Assembly: GCA_023262185.1 (NCBI GenBank)
Contig: JALRDO010000002.1
Location: forward strand, 14,044-78,043
Reading direction: 5' to 3'
Length of the DNA stretch: 64,000 nucleotides
DNA from: Flavobacteriaceae bacterium
GTDB lineage: Bacteria > Bacteroidota > Bacteroidia > Flavobacteriales > Flavobacteriaceae
The notes beneath the pieces are model-generated. The model had not been told where the DNA came from, made no database searches, and saw nothing but the letters and a program-made list of their open reading frames with translations. Shown here in pieces: positions 54,323 through 64,000 of this stretch (positions within the stretch are counted from its first letter, which is position 1; each line of letters starts with the position of its first letter). The position numbers were made by a program, and so were the translations under genes.

Positions 54323-55708
54323 TTAAAATTCTGCGTTTTGGGGAGTCCTTGGATAGGGTATAACATCTCTTATATTACCCATTCCGGTGGCGAACATAAC
54401 AAGGCGCTCAAAGCCAAGTCCAAAGCCGCTGTGAACGGCAGAACCAAATCGTCTAAGATCGAGATACCACCAAAGCTCTTCTGGATCTATATCCATAGTT
54501 TTGATCTTTTGCTCTAACACCTCTAGGCGCTCTTCACGCTGCGATCCACCTACGATTTCTCCAATTCCTGGAAACAATACATCCATAGCACGTACAGTTT
54601 TCTGATCTTCATTCAGACGCATATAGAAGGCCTTGATCTTCGCCGGATAATCAAAGAGTACCACGGGTGCATCAAAGTGCTTTTCTACCAAGTAGCGTTC
54701 GTGTTCACTCTGAAGATCTGCACCCCATTCAGAGATGGGGTATTTGAATTTTTTCTTCTGATTAGGCTTAGAGTGTTTAAGGATTTCAAAAGCCTCTGTA
54801 TAGCTCAAACGAATAAAGGGTTTGTCTACTACAAAGTTGAGCTTCTCAATAAGACGCATGGGGCTGCGTTCTGCTTGTGGCTTATTCTTGTCCTCATCTT
54901 CAAGGCGTTGCTCTAAGAAGGCTAGATCTTCTTTGCAATGCTCTAGCACGTATCCAAGTGTGTATTTGATGAAGTCTTCGGCCAACTGCATCGTATCTTC
55001 TAGATCGTAAAAGGCCATTTCAGGTTCTATCATCCAGAATTCTGCAAGGTGTCTTGAAGTATTAGAGTTTTCTGCTCTAAATGTCGGACCGAAGGTGTAC
55101 ACCTTTCCGAGCCCCATTGCATAGGTCTCGGCTTCTAGTTGCCCGGATACGGTGAGATGAGTGGCTTTACCGAAAAAGTCTTCGTTCTCTAGTTTGAACA
55201 TTTCTCCAGCACCTTCGGCATCTGAGCCGGTAATGATAGGAGTGTTCATGTAAAAGAACCCACTCTCATTAAAATAGCGATGAACCGCAAACGCTAGGGC
55301 AGACCTCACACGCATGATTGCTGCAAAGGTGTTGGTTCTGATGCGTAGATGCGCTTTCTCTCTTAAGAATTCGAGACTGTGTTTTTTGGGTTGAATAGGG
55401 TACTTCTCTGGGTCAGATCCGCCTAAAATGGCTAAACTAGAAACTTGAACCTCTACCGTTTGTCCTCTTCCTTGGCTTTCTACCAATTTTCCTTCAACCT
55501 TGATTGCCGTTCCGGTATGTATAGCATTTAACACGGATTCATCCAATTGCTCAAAATCAACTACACATTGCAGGTTAGTTAGTGTAGATCCGTCGTTCAA
55601 TGCAATAAAACGGTTGCTTCTGAATGTTCTTACCCAACCCATCAAAGTGATAGACTGGTTCAATGGACTGCGCTCTAAAAGTTCCTTTATCGTTTCAGGC
55701 TTATACAT
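54323..55708 (-). CDS. asnS: asparaginyl-tRNA synthetase
   Basis: OB anticodon-binding N-domain and class IIb motifs (FRAE, GGSQRE, GFGLGFERL). Confidence 0.9.
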   Translation of the reverse strand: MYKPETIKELLERSPLNQSITLMGWVRTFRSNRFIALNDGSTLTNLQCVVDFEQLDESVLNAIHTGTAIKVEGKLVESQGRGQTVEVQVSSLAILGGSDPEKYPIQPKKHSLEFLREKAHLRIRTNTFAAIMRVRSALAFAVHRYFNESGFFYMNTPIITGSDAEGAGEMFKLENEDFFGKATHLTVSGQLEAETYAMGLGKVYTFGPTFRAENSNTSRHLAEFWMIEPEMAFYDLEDTMQLAEDFIKYTLGYVLEHCKEDLAFLEQRLEDEDKNKPQAERSPMRLIEKLNFVVDKPFIRLSYTEAFEILKHSKPNQKKKFKYPISEWGADLQSEHERYLVEKHFDAPVVLFDYPAKIKAFYMRLNEDQKTVRAMDVLFPGIGEIVGGSQREERLEVLEQKIKTMDIDPEELWWYLDLRRFGSAVHSGFGLGFERLVMFATGMGNIRDVIPYPRTPQNAEF

Positions 55709-55756
55709 AATCAGGCAATTTTAGGGCTATAAAGATACATTTTGCCCTTGGCTTGT

Positions 55757-58162
55757 TTAGTCAATCGAGTCGACTTCTTTAGGTAGAATGTCAATTTTAG
55801 GTTGTTTCAACACCTTTTTATTGGCGATACTTCGCTCTAAGGAGATTAATAGGCAAGGAAGCAGTACGAGATTGGCGAGCATAGCCATAAGAAGTGTTGC
55901 AGAGATTAATCCTCCTAAAGCCTTGGTACCTCCATAATTACTGATCATAAATACCGAAAATCCGAAGAATAGAACCACAGAAGTATAGAACATACTCACC
56001 CCAGTTTCTTTGAGTGCTGCAAAAACCGACTTTTTGATTTGCCAGTCGTTCAACACTAGCTCTTGTCGGTATTTTGCCAAAAAGTGAATCGTATCATCTA
56101 CCGATATTCCAAAGGCGATACTAAATATTAGAATAGTAGAGGGTTTGATCGGAATTCCTACAAAACCCATAAGCCCAGCAGTTACCAGAAGAGGTAAGAG
56201 GTTTGGAATGAGGGATACAATAATCATCTGATACGACCTGAAGAGGTAGGCCATAAATAAGGAGATTAGAATCACTGCTAGCAGCAGGGAGATCAATAGG
56301 TTGTTAACCAGATAGCGTGTTCCCTTTAAATACAGTAAGGCTTTACCGGTGATGCTGACATCGTAGCGGTCAGAAGGAAAAATACGATCTATGGACCTGT
56401 AGAGTTGTTCCTCGAGGATTTCCATTCTACTGGTCTTTACATCCTTCATCATAAGTGAAAGACGGGCTGTTTGCTCTTTACTGTCGACCATCGAACCTAA
56501 TAGATCGCCTTTTGATTCTGAATCAATAGGAGAGGTGATCGCACCCAAAATAAAATTTCGTTCTTGGGACGTTGGCAACTGATAATACCTCGGCAAGCCC
56601 TTGTAAAAGGCTTGTTTGGCATATTTAATTACCGCAGATATCGATAGGGGTTTAGAGAGTTCATCGTTTTGCGCAATTTCTTCTGACAAGCGTTCAATTC
56701 TATTGAGGTTGGCAGTGTTTAAAGCTCCTTTTTCACGACCGGTATCCACTAAGATTTCTACAGGGAGTATACCACTAAATTGATTTTCGTAGAACAGAAT
56801 GTCGTCGTAAAAATCAGTATTCTTTGGAAGATCTTCAATTCGACTTCCGGTGATTTCAATTTGATAGATACCAATGATACTTAGCGCGAGCAAAACTACA
56901 GATGTCCCGTACACGGCGATGCGATGATTCCGCACAATTCTCTCCATGGTAGAAACAAATAAATCAATCCAAGGTGTATTCAGGTGTTGCAGGTGCTTGT
57001 CTTGAGGCAGGGGTAGGTAGCTGTATATGATAGGAATGATAAGTAGCGAAAGCGCAAAGATTCCTAAAATATTTATGGACGCCACCACTCCAAATTCTCT
57101 AAGTAGAGCGCTGCTTAAAATGATGAAGGTTGCAAAACCTGATGCCGTGGTTATGTTGGTCATCAGTGTAGCGTTTCCGACACGTGAGATGACGCGCATC
57201 AGCGACCTAGCCTGGTTTCCGTGTTTTTTGACCTCTTGCTGGTACTTGTTGATTAAGAAGATACAATTAGGGATTCCAATTACAATTATTAAAGGAGGGA
57301 TGAGGGCCGTAAGTATAGTAATCTCATAACCCAGAAGTCCGATGATCCCGAAAGACCAGCTTACTCCGATAAGTACCACAATCATTGAGATGAATGTGGC
57401 TCTAAAACTCCTAAAAAAGAAGAAAAAGAGCAATGCGGTGACCAGTAATGCACCAATGACAAACAAGATCATCTCCTTTTTAAGGGTTTCTGCATTTCTA
57501 GTTTTGATGTATGGCATGCCCGAAATGCGTGCCTGAACACCCGATTCTCTCTCAAAGGTTCTAATCATCCCCTCAAAGTCGTTCAAGATGAATTGACTTC
57601 TGACTTTGGTATTGACAAGATCCGGATCCATATAAGCGATCGTGCGAATCGCTAAACTTTTTGGATCGTATATGATGTTTTCGTAAAACGGCAGACGTTC
57701 GAAGAGGTGATAAAGCTTTGATTTAGCGTTTTCATCGCTTAAAGCCTCTCTTGGATTGAATGGAGCTGTGGTGAGTTGCCCTGATTTGCCTTCTCTTACG
57801 ATTTCATCAATATTGTCAAGCGATATCACTTTCGTGATTTCGGGGGCAGCCTCGAGTTGTTTGCTCAATCTATTGAAGGCATTGAATGATTTCGCTGTAA
57901 AGAGGTCACGCCCCTCTACGGCAATTAAAATAGCATTGTCTTCTATGCCGAAGATGTCTGTGAATGCCTGATATTTGAGAATCTCAGGGTGATCGTTAGG
58001 GAGAACAGAGGTCTCAGCATTAGAGAACTTAACATTGCTCCATTGACTGATAAAAAAGAGGGTAGTGATCACTATACCAACTACCCATGCGATTCGGTTC
58101 CTGAGAATAATACGGGCTACTGCAGGCCAGAAACCTTCGAAGAATGCGGCCAGCTTTCCCAT
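55757..58162 (-). CDS. RND-superfamily / MMPL-like (SSD-containing) transporter
   Basis: 801 aa. Two 6-TM bundles separated by large soluble loops, the internal duplication typical of MMPL/HpnN-like exporters. Confidence 0.7.
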   Translation of the reverse strand: MGKLAAFFEGFWPAVARIILRNRIAWVVGIVITTLFFISQWSNVKFSNAETSVLPNDHPEILKYQAFTDIFGIEDNAILIAVEGRDLFTAKSFNAFNRLSKQLEAAPEITKVISLDNIDEIVREGKSGQLTTAPFNPREALSDENAKSKLYHLFERLPFYENIIYDPKSLAIRTIAYMDPDLVNTKVRSQFILNDFEGMIRTFERESGVQARISGMPYIKTRNAETLKKEMILFVIGALLVTALLFFFFFRSFRATFISMIVVLIGVSWSFGIIGLLGYEITILTALIPPLIIVIGIPNCIFLINKYQQEVKKHGNQARSLMRVISRVGNATLMTNITTASGFATFIILSSALLREFGVVASINILGIFALSLLIIPIIYSYLPLPQDKHLQHLNTPWIDLFVSTMERIVRNHRIAVYGTSVVLLALSIIGIYQIEITGSRIEDLPKNTDFYDDILFYENQFSGILPVEILVDTGREKGALNTANLNRIERLSEEIAQNDELSKPLSISAVIKYAKQAFYKGLPRYYQLPTSQERNFILGAITSPIDSESKGDLLGSMVDSKEQTARLSLMMKDVKTSRMEILEEQLYRSIDRIFPSDRYDVSITGKALLYLKGTRYLVNNLLISLLLAVILISLFMAYLFRSYQMIIVSLIPNLLPLLVTAGLMGFVGIPIKPSTILIFSIAFGISVDDTIHFLAKYRQELVLNDWQIKKSVFAALKETGVSMFYTSVVLFFGFSVFMISNYGGTKALGGLISATLLMAMLANLVLLPCLLISLERSIANKKVLKQPKIDILPKEVDSID

Positions 58163-58166
58163 AGAA

Positions 58167-58721
58167 TCACACCTTCATGATTTCTGACTCTTTTAATTTC
58201 AAAGCGTCGTCAATCTTGGTGATAAATGAATTTGTTAGCTCTTGTACATCTCCTTCGGCGTCTTTTAAAACGTCTTCGCTAATCTCAATTTTCTTAAGCT
58301 CTTTATTAGCCTCTTGACGTGCCGACCTTACGCTGATCTTCGCGTCTTCAGATTCTGCCTTGGCTTGTTTCACAAGGTCTCTTCTACGCTCTTCTGTGAG
58401 TGGAGGAACGCTTATAATGATGAGATCGCCGTTATTCATAGGGTTAAACCCTAGGTTTGAATTAATGATCGCTTTCTCGATTTCAGGAAGCATCGCCTTC
58501 TCCCAGGGTTGAACAGATAAAGTTCGGGCATCAGGAGTGTTGACATTGGCCACCTGAGAAAGGGGCGTAAGAGAACCGTAATAGTCCACTTGCACCGTTG
58601 AGAGCATTACGGGATTTGCTTTTCCGGCTCGTATTTTGATAAAGGCCTTTTCAAGGTGGGTTATGGCACCTTGCATTTGATCTTTTGCTTCTTCTAAAAT
58701 GAGTTCAATTTCTTCGTTCAT
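58167..58721 (-). CDS. frr: ribosome recycling factor
   Basis: 184 aa with the PLTEERRRDLVK motif. Confidence 0.95.
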   Translation of the reverse strand: MNEEIELILEEAKDQMQGAITHLEKAFIKIRAGKANPVMLSTVQVDYYGSLTPLSQVANVNTPDARTLSVQPWEKAMLPEIEKAIINSNLGFNPMNNGDLIIISVPPLTEERRRDLVKQAKAESEDAKISVRSARQEANKELKKIEISEDVLKDAEGDVQELTNSFITKIDDALKLKESEIMKV

Positions 58722-58725
58722 AGCA

Positions 58726-59433
58726 TTAGAGGTTTACTTCAGTACCTACATCTTCTCCGGTAACTACTTTGAGTAGATTACCATCTTTATTCATATCGAA
58801 AACCACAATGGGTAATTCGTTTTCTTGACTCAAGGTGAAGGCGGTGGTATCCATGACCTTTAGTCCCTTGTTGAGCACATCTTGAAAACTGATTTTATCA
58901 TATCGGACAGCGCTTTTGTCCTTTTCTGGATCGGCACTGTAGATGCCGTCTACGCGTGTACCTTTTAGAATGACGTCCGCCTTAATTTCAATAGCTCTTA
59001 GAACAGCAGCAGAATCTGTGGTAAAATAGGGGTTTCCTGTACCTCCGCCAAAGATAACTACACGCCCTTTTTCAAGGTGCCTCATAGCCCGTCTACGAAT
59101 GAAGGGCTCTGCCACTTCGTCAATTTTTATAGCCGTTTGAAGCCTTGTCTCAACGCCTTGGTTTTCAAGGGCGCTTTGAAGTGCTAGACCGTTGATTACC
59201 GTGGCGAGCATTCCCATGTGATCTCCTTGAACCCGATCCATTCCCTGGCTGGCTCCTGATAGACCTCTGAAAATATTACCGCCACCAATCACGATAGCAA
59301 CTTCAATATCGCGGTCGATTACGGTTTTGATCTCGCTCGCGTATTGCTCAAGTCTTTTGGCGTCTATTCCGTACTGTTGGCCCCCCATTAGGGACTCTCC
59401 ACTAAGTTTGAGGAGGATTCTTTGGTAGCGCAT
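58726..59433 (-). CDS. pyrH: UMP kinase
   Basis: RILLKLSGE and GGGNIFRG motifs. Confidence 0.95.
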   Translation of the reverse strand: MRYQRILLKLSGESLMGGQQYGIDAKRLEQYASEIKTVIDRDIEVAIVIGGGNIFRGLSGASQGMDRVQGDHMGMLATVINGLALQSALENQGVETRLQTAIKIDEVAEPFIRRRAMRHLEKGRVVIFGGGTGNPYFTTDSAAVLRAIEIKADVILKGTRVDGIYSADPEKDKSAVRYDKISFQDVLNKGLKVMDTTAFTLSQENELPIVVFDMNKDGNLLKVVTGEDVGTEVNL

Positions 59434-59462
59434 TGCTAATTTATTCTATTTCAAAAGTACAC

Positions 59463-59488
59463 AAAAAAGCCATCCTAATGGGATGGCT
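59463..59488 (-). terminator. intrinsic terminator after tsf
   Basis: agccatcc/ggatggct stem, followed on the minus strand by T6. Confidence 0.75.
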
Positions 59489-59514
59489 TTGGTTTTAACG
59501 GTATGCAGCTCGGA

Positions 59515-60339
59515 TTATCCTAGTGCTACTCTTTTAAATGCAGTGACACTTAAATTCTTGTCTGCTGACTTCACGTATTGATCTACACTCAATTTAGAGT
59601 CTTTGATAAAATCTTGGTTTACAAGCGTGTTGTCTTTAAAGAATCGCTTAAGTTTCCCTTTAGCGATATTGTCTAGCATTTCTTCTGGCTTACCTTCTTG
59701 GCGCAATTGATCTTTTGCGATCTCAATTTCTTTGTCGATAATCGATTGATCAACGCCTTCTTCATTTAGGGCTACAGGGTTCATGGCCGCAGCTTGCATC
59801 GCCACATCTCTAGCGATCACGTCAGCTTGATCTGCTTTCGCTGATAACCCTACTAGGGTAGCAATCTTATTTCCGGCATGGATGTAAGAACCTACAAATG
59901 GAGCCTCTAGTAGTTCAAATGCACCAATCTCGATTTTCTCTCCGATAACTCCAGTTTGCTCGGTAAGTTTCTCTGAAACTGTAATAGAACCGTATGTTTT
60001 GCTTAACAAATCTTCTAATGAAGAAGCATCAAGTGCCAATTGGGCAAAGTCATTTGCCATGGCTACAAAAGAGTCGTTCTTCGCTACGAAATCTGTTTCA
60101 CAGTTTAGTGAGATCAAAACACCTTTAGTAGCATCACCGTTAACAACAGCTATTGCGGCACCTTCAGAAGACTCGCGGTCTGCTCTATTGGCTGCTACTT
60201 TTTGACCTTTTTTTCTAAGGATTTCGATTGCTTTGTCAAAATCACCTTCTGCTTCAACTAAGGCTTTCTTGCAGTCCATCATACCAGCTCCGGTTGACTT
60301 TCTTAATTTGTTCACATCTGCTGCAGAAATTGCACTCAT
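59515..60339 (-). CDS. tsf: elongation factor Ts
   Basis: UBA-like N-terminus LRKSTGAGMMDCKKAL. Confidence 0.95.
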   Translation of the reverse strand: MSAISAADVNKLRKSTGAGMMDCKKALVEAEGDFDKAIEILRKKGQKVAANRADRESSEGAAIAVVNGDATKGVLISLNCETDFVAKNDSFVAMANDFAQLALDASSLEDLLSKTYGSITVSEKLTEQTGVIGEKIEIGAFELLEAPFVGSYIHAGNKIATLVGLSAKADQADVIARDVAMQAAAMNPVALNEEGVDQSIIDKEIEIAKDQLRQEGKPEEMLDNIAKGKLKRFFKDNTLVNQDFIKDSKLSVDQYVKSADKNLSVTAFKRVALG

Positions 60340-60428
60340 ATCAAATTGTATTTAATTCTTATTGATTGTATAAAGGTCTGACCTTTAAGTAAGGAACAGT
60401 TTAAATAAAGGTTAATCGCTAATTAGAT

Positions 60429-61250
60429 TTAGTCATTAGCTTCATCATCGCCTTCAGAAGTTTCAGCCTCTTCTGAGTTAAGGTCAGCCTCGACCTCTGC
60501 GGTTTCAGTTTCATCTAATTCAGCCTCTTCTACAGCACCTTCGCTAGCGTCTAGTTTTTCAGCTTTACGCTCTGTTAACCCTTCGCTAATTGCGGCTGTT
60601 ACGCTTGAGAGGATAATTTCAATTGACTTACCAGCGTCGTCGTTTGCTGGAATCACAAAATCGATGTCTCTAGGGTCACAGTTGGTGTCTACCATTGCGA
60701 AAACAGGAATATTTAGGCGTTGTGCCTCTTTCACTGCGATGTGCTCACGCATTACGTCTACGATGAATAGTGCTCCTGGAAGACGTGTCATGTCAGAAAT
60801 TGAACCAAGGTTCTTTTCTAGTTTGGCACGTAGACGATCTACTTGAAGTTTTTCTTTCTTAGAAAGGGTATTGAATGTACCGTCTTTTTTCATGCGATCG
60901 ATAGCACTCATTTTTTTCACGGCCTTACGGATAGTGATGAAATTCGTTAACATCCCCCCTGGCCAGCGCTCAGTGATGTAAGGCATGTTTACTGAAGAAA
61001 CCTTTTCAGCTACAATTCCTTTAGCTTGCTTTTTAGTTGCAACGAAAAGAATCTTGCGTCCAGAGGCAGCAATTTTCTTAAGTGCTTCATTCGCCTCTTC
61101 AAGCTTTGCAGCGGTTTTGTAAAGATTGATTACGTGAATTCCATTGCGCTCCATGTAGATGTAAGGAGCCATGTTAGGATTCCATTTTCTGGTGAGGTGA
61201 CCGAAATGTACACCTGCATCTAGAAGTTGTTTAACTTCGACTTTTTCCAT
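60429..61250 (-). CDS. rpsB: 30S ribosomal protein S2 with acidic C-terminal tail
   Basis: LLDAGVHFGH motif. The tail is rich in E/D/A. Confidence 0.95.
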   Translation of the reverse strand: MEKVEVKQLLDAGVHFGHLTRKWNPNMAPYIYMERNGIHVINLYKTAAKLEEANEALKKIAASGRKILFVATKKQAKGIVAEKVSSVNMPYITERWPGGMLTNFITIRKAVKKMSAIDRMKKDGTFNTLSKKEKLQVDRLRAKLEKNLGSISDMTRLPGALFIVDVMREHIAVKEAQRLNIPVFAMVDTNCDPRDIDFVIPANDDAGKSIEIILSSVTAAISEGLTERKAEKLDASEGAVEEAELDETETAEVEADLNSEEAETSEGDDEAND

Positions 61251-61387
61251 TTTAAATTTAGTTTACGTTCTGATTTAGCAATAGCCCGGTGGTCATTTAA
61301 ATAAAATCGCCCTGGCTATTTAGATGCTAAACTAAACTGGTTATCACTATGTAAATTGAACACGAAGTGTTCGTTCCAATCTCGAGA

Positions 61388-61774
61388 TTAACGTTTCGAG
61401 AACTGGAATTTCTTTCTTGCTTTTTTCTGACCGAATTTCTTACGCTCAACCATACGAGGATCTCTTGTAAGAAGTCCTTCTGGTTTTAGTGCTAATCTAA
61501 ATTCTTGGTCGATTTCGCAAAGAGCACGAGAAATCGCCAATCTCAATGCCTCTGCTTGTCCTGTAATTCCTCCTCCGAAAACTGATGCTTTTACATCGTA
61601 TTTTCCGATTGTTTCAGTCAATTCGAAGGGTTGATTTACTTTGTATTGCAGCGTTCCTGTAGTAAAATAGCTATCAAGTGGTCTTTTGTTAATGGTAACA
61701 GATCCACTTCCTTCAGAGAGGTAAACTCTAGCTACTGCTGTTTTTCTTCGTCCTATTTTGTGTATTACTCCCAT
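61388..61774 (-). CDS. rpsI: 30S ribosomal protein S9
   Basis: GRRKTAVARV motif and C-terminal KKFQFSKR. Confidence 0.95.
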   Translation of the reverse strand: MGVIHKIGRRKTAVARVYLSEGSGSVTINKRPLDSYFTTGTLQYKVNQPFELTETIGKYDVKASVFGGGITGQAEALRLAISRALCEIDQEFRLALKPEGLLTRDPRMVERKKFGQKKARKKFQFSKR

Positions 61775-61784
61775 TACAGATTAG

Positions 61785-62240
61785 CTATTTGAGGTCGTTT
61801 AAATTGATTTGAACCGGCTTTTGCGCTTCTTGATCGTGCGTATCGCCTGCATAAACTCTTAAATTTCTAAAGAGTTCTGCTCCTAATTTATTTTTGGGTA
61901 GCATCCCTTTAACCGCATTCTCAATGATGCGCTCAGGATGACTCTCAAAGAGTTCTTTTGTGGTTGTTTCGCGCTGACCACCTGGATACCCGGTGTGACG
62001 CAAGTACTTCTTGTCAGTTGCTTTTGAACCTGTCAACGCAACTTTTGAAGCATTGATAACTACCACGTTATCTCCACAATCAACGTGAGGAGTAAAACTA
62101 GGCTTGTTTTTACCTCTTAAAATTGTCGCCACCTTAGAGGCTAAACGTCCCAAAATTTGCCCTTCAGCATCTACTAAAACCCACTGTTTATCTACAGTGG
62201 CCGCGTTGGCAGATTTGGTTTTATAACTTAATGTATCCAC
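61785..62240 (-). CDS. rplM: 50S ribosomal protein L13
   Basis: WVLVDAEGQILGRLAS motif. Confidence 0.95.
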   Translation of the reverse strand: MDTLSYKTKSANAATVDKQWVLVDAEGQILGRLASKVATILRGKNKPSFTPHVDCGDNVVVINASKVALTGSKATDKKYLRHTGYPGGQRETTTKELFESHPERIIENAVKGMLPKNKLGAELFRNLRVYAGDTHDQEAQKPVQINLNDLK

Positions 62241-62284
62241 AGTTAATGAAATTTTATTCGCTACACGTTAAAACTAACGGGCTG

Positions 62285-62292
62285 CAAATGTA
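62285..62292 (-). promoter_or_regulatory. -7 promoter box TACATTTG for rplM-rpsI
   Basis: Exact TAnnTTTG match on the minus strand, 44 nt before the ATG. Confidence 0.55.
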
Positions 62293-62340
62293 CAATTATT
62301 CGTTTGAAATACAAATCGATAAAATGATGTTGCACAAACT

Positions 62341-64000
62341 TTAATGTGCTTCAAACCAGTTCGCCCCAATTCCGACATCCACCTCAAGCGGAACGCCTAA
62401 TTCTGCTGCATTTTGCATTTCTTGAACGACGAGATTTTTCAGGAGGTCTATTTCTTCTTTCGGGCATTCGAAAACAAGTTCATCGTGTACCTGAAGCAAC
62501 ATTTTGGCAGCCAATCCATCTTTATGCAAACGGTGGTCTACCGCAATCATTGCTTTTTTGATGATATCTGCTGCTGATCCCTGGATGGGTGCATTGATTG
62601 CATTGCGTTCTGCAGCTGATCTTATCATGCCGTTTGCTGCATGAATGTCTTGGAGGTAGCGTCTTCGCTTAAATAGGGTCTCAACATAACCGTGTTCCCT
62701 AGCAAAGGCTACCTGATCGCTAATGTAGGTTCTAAGTTTCGGATAGGTGGCATAATAGGTTTCTATCAGTTCCTTGGCCTCAGATCTACTCAAGGTTGTT
62801 TGATTGCTTAATCCGAATGCCGAAACTCCATAGATGATTCCGAAGTTAACGGTCTTCGCCTGGCTACGCTGTTCACGCGTAACCTCTGAAAGGGGTACAC
62901 CAAAGACTCTAGAAGCTGTTGAACGGTGAATGTCTTCTCCTTTCTGAAAGGCTTCGATCATGGTGTCTTCTTTACTCAATGCTGCAATGATTCTCAATTC
63001 GATTTGCGAATAATCTGCAGCCAAGATGGTCCATGAAGAATCTCTTGAAACAAAAGCCTTGCGGATAAGGCGCCCATTGTCTGTTCGTATGGGGATGTTT
63101 TGAAGGTTCGGTTGTACACTGCTCAATCGCCCAGTAGCCGCTACAGTTTGCATGAATTGGGTGTGAATGCGCTTACTCTGTGCATTGACTTGTTGCGGAA
63201 GTGCCTCTACATAGGTATTTAAGAGTTTGGCGAGGCCTCGGTATTCTAGAATATCCGCGGCAATCTGATGATTTTTTGCAAGCTCAGATAAAATTTCTTC
63301 TGATGTGGAGTATTGGCCAGTCTTTGTTTTTTTAGGCTTTTCTACCAGTTTTAATTTTTCAAAGAGCACAATTCCCAATTGTTTAGGAGAGGCAAGGTTG
63401 AAGGTTTCTTCGGCTTGTGCATAGACAGATTCTTCTAGCGCGTTAAGCTGTTTACTGAAGATCTCTTTTAAAGATTCAAGGTATTCTTCATCTAGGGCAA
63501 TACCGTTGAATTCCATTCGGGCAAGTACGCTCAGAAGAGGAATTTCTAGTGTAGTGTATAGTTCGAGTAGCCCCCATTTCTCTAGCTCGGAATGAAGTAA
63601 AGGATACAAGCGCAGATTTAAGTCGCTAAGACTGCAGAGGTACTCGGTCGCTTTTTCGGATTCAACCGATTCGAGCTCGGCGGTTTTTTTGTTTTTGACC
63701 CCTAAAATTTCTTCGGTGTTCTTCAAATCGAGACCCAGATAGCTTTTCACTAAAGTGAAGAAGTCATGTCGCATGTCTGGATTGATCAGGTAGTGCGCCA
63801 AGGTATTGTCAAAAAGCGCTGCACTCAAGTTGATGTCATTACGACGCAGCATTTTTAATGCTTCTTTTAGCTGGTGACCAATGAGTGTTATACCTCCATC
63901 GAGGATTTCTTGGAGCTGAATCCAAAATTGTTTTTGATTCGGACTCTCAGTTTCAAAGGGTATGTAGAATCCTTTATGAGGGCTCCAAGAAAAAGCGATG
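62341..64000 (-). CDS. polA: DNA polymerase I (C-terminal part; gene continues beyond the window)
   Basis: Pol A motifs DYSQIELR, NFGIIYG and QVHDELVFE. The frame stays open upstream of the track Met at 63852, through 3'-5' exo-domain-like sequence, to the window edge. Confidence 0.9.
   Translation of the reverse strand, partial: IAFSWSPHKGFYIPFETESPNQKQFWIQLQEILDGGITLIGHQLKEALKMLRRNDINLSAALFDNTLAHYLINPDMRHDFFTLVKSYLGLDLKNTEEILGVKNKKTAELESVESEKATEYLCSLSDLNLRLYPLLHSELEKWGLLELYTTLEIPLLSVLARMEFNGIALDEEYLESLKEIFSKQLNALEESVYAQAEETFNLASPKQLGIVLFEKLKLVEKPKKTKTGQYSTSEEILSELAKNHQIAADILEYRGLAKLLNTYVEALPQQVNAQSKRIHTQFMQTVAATGRLSSVQPNLQNIPIRTDNGRLIRKAFVSRDSSWTILAADYSQIELRIIAALSKEDTMIEAFQKGEDIHRSTASRVFGVPLSEVTREQRSQAKTVNFGIIYGVSAFGLSNQTTLSRSEAKELIETYYATYPKLRTYISDQVAFAREHGYVETLFKRRRYLQDIHAANGMIRSAAERNAINAPIQGSAADIIKKAMIAVDHRLHKDGLAAKMLLQVHDELVFECPKEEIDLLKNLVVQEMQNAAELGVPLEVDVGIGANWFEAH

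Noticed and set aside
1-64000. Sigma-54 promoters (TGGCAC-N5-TTGC), given that rpoN is present, and enhancer-binding-protein targets.
   Set aside because: A scan by eye of intergenic regions found several TGGCAC strings (for example near 43462 and 51064), but all are inside genes and lack the -12 TTGC element. None can be supported.

Overview
This window looks like a gene-dense core chromosomal segment of a Bacteroidota (Flavobacteriia-like) genome. The evidence is a SusC/SusD pair, TonB-dependent receptors, an exbB-exbD-exbD cluster, and TAnnTTTG-type -7 promoter boxes in front of many transcription units. I call 57 CDS and 3 tRNAs. Most are housekeeping genes: translation (serS, asnS, pth, rplY, rpsP, rimM, rpsB, tsf, frr, rpsI, rplM), nucleotide and cofactor metabolism (prs, pyrH, ribF, folE), replication and repair (dnaE, dnaE2, a Y-family polymerase, ruvC, polA), sucAB, and envelope/sugar genes (waaA, degT-like, galE). 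I found no transposase, integrase, phage gene, cas gene or credible CRISPR array, no toxin-antitoxin or recognisable defence gene, and no long unannotated gap. I therefore cannot claim a large novel multi-gene system. The best candidate for undescribed biology is regulatory. A cst-like sulfide/persulfide oxidation locus (crp/fnr-family regulator, sulP, persulfide dioxygenase-rhodanese fusion, type II-like sqr, split yeeE; 11.5-17.9 kb) carries a GTnAC-N4-GTTAC dyad in each of its four promoter regions. Each dyad sits at a near-constant distance from a -7-like box. The adjacent regulator has a three-cysteine cluster where CRP binds cAMP. The second candidate is a two-gene mutagenesis cassette (catalytically intact Y-family polymerase plus dnaE2) preceded by two tandem ATGGAATTATTCC palindromic boxes. 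The ORF track translates through these boxes as a spurious N-terminal extension. Smaller observations: a duplicated 44-bp GNRA-hairpin element next to tRNA-Leu, a DnaE with an N-terminal epsilon-like exonuclease domain, acidic Ala/Glu tails on three ribosomal proteins, candidate ribosomal-protein leaders, and convergent gene overlaps.
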